Shown piece after piece: positions 23,306 to 24,000 of a DNA stretch of 24,000 nucleotides. The notes beneath the pieces are model-generated. The model was not told where the DNA came from and did not search any database. It saw only the letters and a program-made list of their open reading frames with translations. The translations under genes and the position numbers were made by a program. Each line of letters begins with the position of its first letter. Position 1 is the first letter of the stretch. Source of the stretch: Desulfobacula sp. Lineage in GTDB: Bacteria > Desulfobacterota > Desulfobacteria > Desulfobacterales > Desulfobacteraceae. Location of the stretch: positions 116,622 through 140,621 of the forward strand of contig NZ_JAQYWD010000004.1 of NCBI RefSeq assembly GCF_030145145.1. Reading direction: 5' to 3'.

Positions 23306-24000
23306 ATGAAATTCACAAAAGAAGTCATTTGGACAATAAAAAATTTTATTCTTGATAATATAGAAACCCATCCAAATGATATAGTACAAATCGCATCTGA
23401 TTATTTTCGTGTTTCAAAACCGACCATTTTAAAATATATAAGAGAATTAATATCCCAGAAACAAATAGAAAGGCATGGAAATGGTCGATATCCTAATTAC
23501 AAACTACAGACGGTAAAATTTGAATTTAAATACAAGAACAAAGAATTACAGGAAGACGTCTTGTGGGCAAATGATATATCAAATAAACTCAAGGATGTTC
23601 AGCCAAATGTAAAAGAGATATGCCAATACGGTTTTACTGAAATTGTGAACAATGTTATTGATCATTCTGGATCTGAAGATTTAACTGTCTTTTTTGAAAT
23701 AAACCATAAATTAATTTGTATAACTGTTAGAGATTTTGGGGTTGGAATTTTTAACAAAATCAAACAAGATTTGGGCTTATCCGACCCAAAGCATTCTATC
23801 TTGGAGCTTGCAAAAGGGAAGTTCACATCCGATCCGGACAACCATACTGGTGAAGGTATTTTTTTTTCATCAAGAATGTTTGACCATTTTCATATTCTGT
23901 CACATAAATTGAGCTACTTTGGGCAGGGTAATGAAGACGGATGGTTGTTTGAGGATCCTGATGATGTGGATATCGATGGAACTGTAGTATTGATGAAAAT
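23306..24000 (+). CDS. Winged-HTH plus GHKL (HATPase_c-like) ATP-binding protein. It is partial: the 3' end runs off the right edge of the window.
   Basis: My own translation from the ATG at 23306 (AAAGG lies upstream) gives MKFTKEVIWTIKNFILDNIETHPNDIVQIASDYFRVSKPTILKYIRELISQKQIERHGNGRYPNYKL.... The start of this region is HTH-like. It is followed by a GHKL N-box (FTEIVNNVIDHSGS), G1 (VRDFGVGIF) and G2 (HTGEGIFFSSRMF). No stop occurs before nt 24000, so it is absent from the ORF track. The region is markedly AT-rich. Confidence 0.6.
   Translation, partial: MKFTKEVIWTIKNFILDNIETHPNDIVQIASDYFRVSKPTILKYIRELISQKQIERHGNGRYPNYKLQTVKFEFKYKNKELQEDVLWANDISNKLKDVQPNVKEICQYGFTEIVNNVIDHSGSEDLTVFFEINHKLICITVRDFGVGIFNKIKQDLGLSDPKHSILELAKGKFTSDPDNHTGEGIFFSSRMFDHFHILSHKLSYFGQGNEDGWLFEDPDDVDIDGTVVLMK

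Overview
The window looks like a chromosomal segment from an anaerobic, Desulfobacterota-like bacterium; that taxonomic guess rests only on gene content and is inference. GC is near one half by eye up to about 22.9 kb. From left to right: (1) housekeeping and envelope genes: a partial HAMP membrane protein, a SurA-N-like chaperone, a small HAD-like hydrolase, a TPR+SPOR lipoprotein, and yhbY-ychF. (2) An apparent operon of a cytoplasmic PAS-PAS hybrid histidine kinase, an HMA (GMxCxxC) metallochaperone, hgcA and hgcB, the mercury-methylation gene pair. (3) A six-gene minus-strand operon: a LIV-type ABC transporter (livM/H-like permeases, binding protein, livG/F-like ATPases) plus an AMP-forming acyl-CoA synthetase. 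(4) A three-gene redox module: an octaheme lipoprotein cytochrome c, a C-terminally anchored triheme cytochrome c, and an FdnI/HydC-like cytochrome b. (5) An acetyl-CoA hydrolase/transferase-GNAT fusion protein. (6) A membrane-anchored penicillin-acylase-family Ntn hydrolase. (7) tRNA-Thr(CGU), followed by an abrupt drop in GC, a 12-nt tandem repeat and a partial wHTH-GHKL ATPase gene, which is probably the edge of an integrated island. The most interesting signal is in hgcB. The ORF track ends it at an in-frame TGA at 8026-8028, which is codon 73 and, as far as I recall, the conserved-Cys position. The same frame then stays open for 23 more codons that encode the recalled HgcB tail (AAYII...GGCC, ending in vicinal cysteines). 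A hairpin with a GGUC apical loop starts 12 nt after the TGA, closely matching the geometry of the E. coli fdhF SECIS. This supports a selenocysteine-containing HgcB, which ORF callers would truncate. A roughly 85-90 nt palindromic intergenic element also occurs twice, after hgcB and after the GNAT fusion gene.
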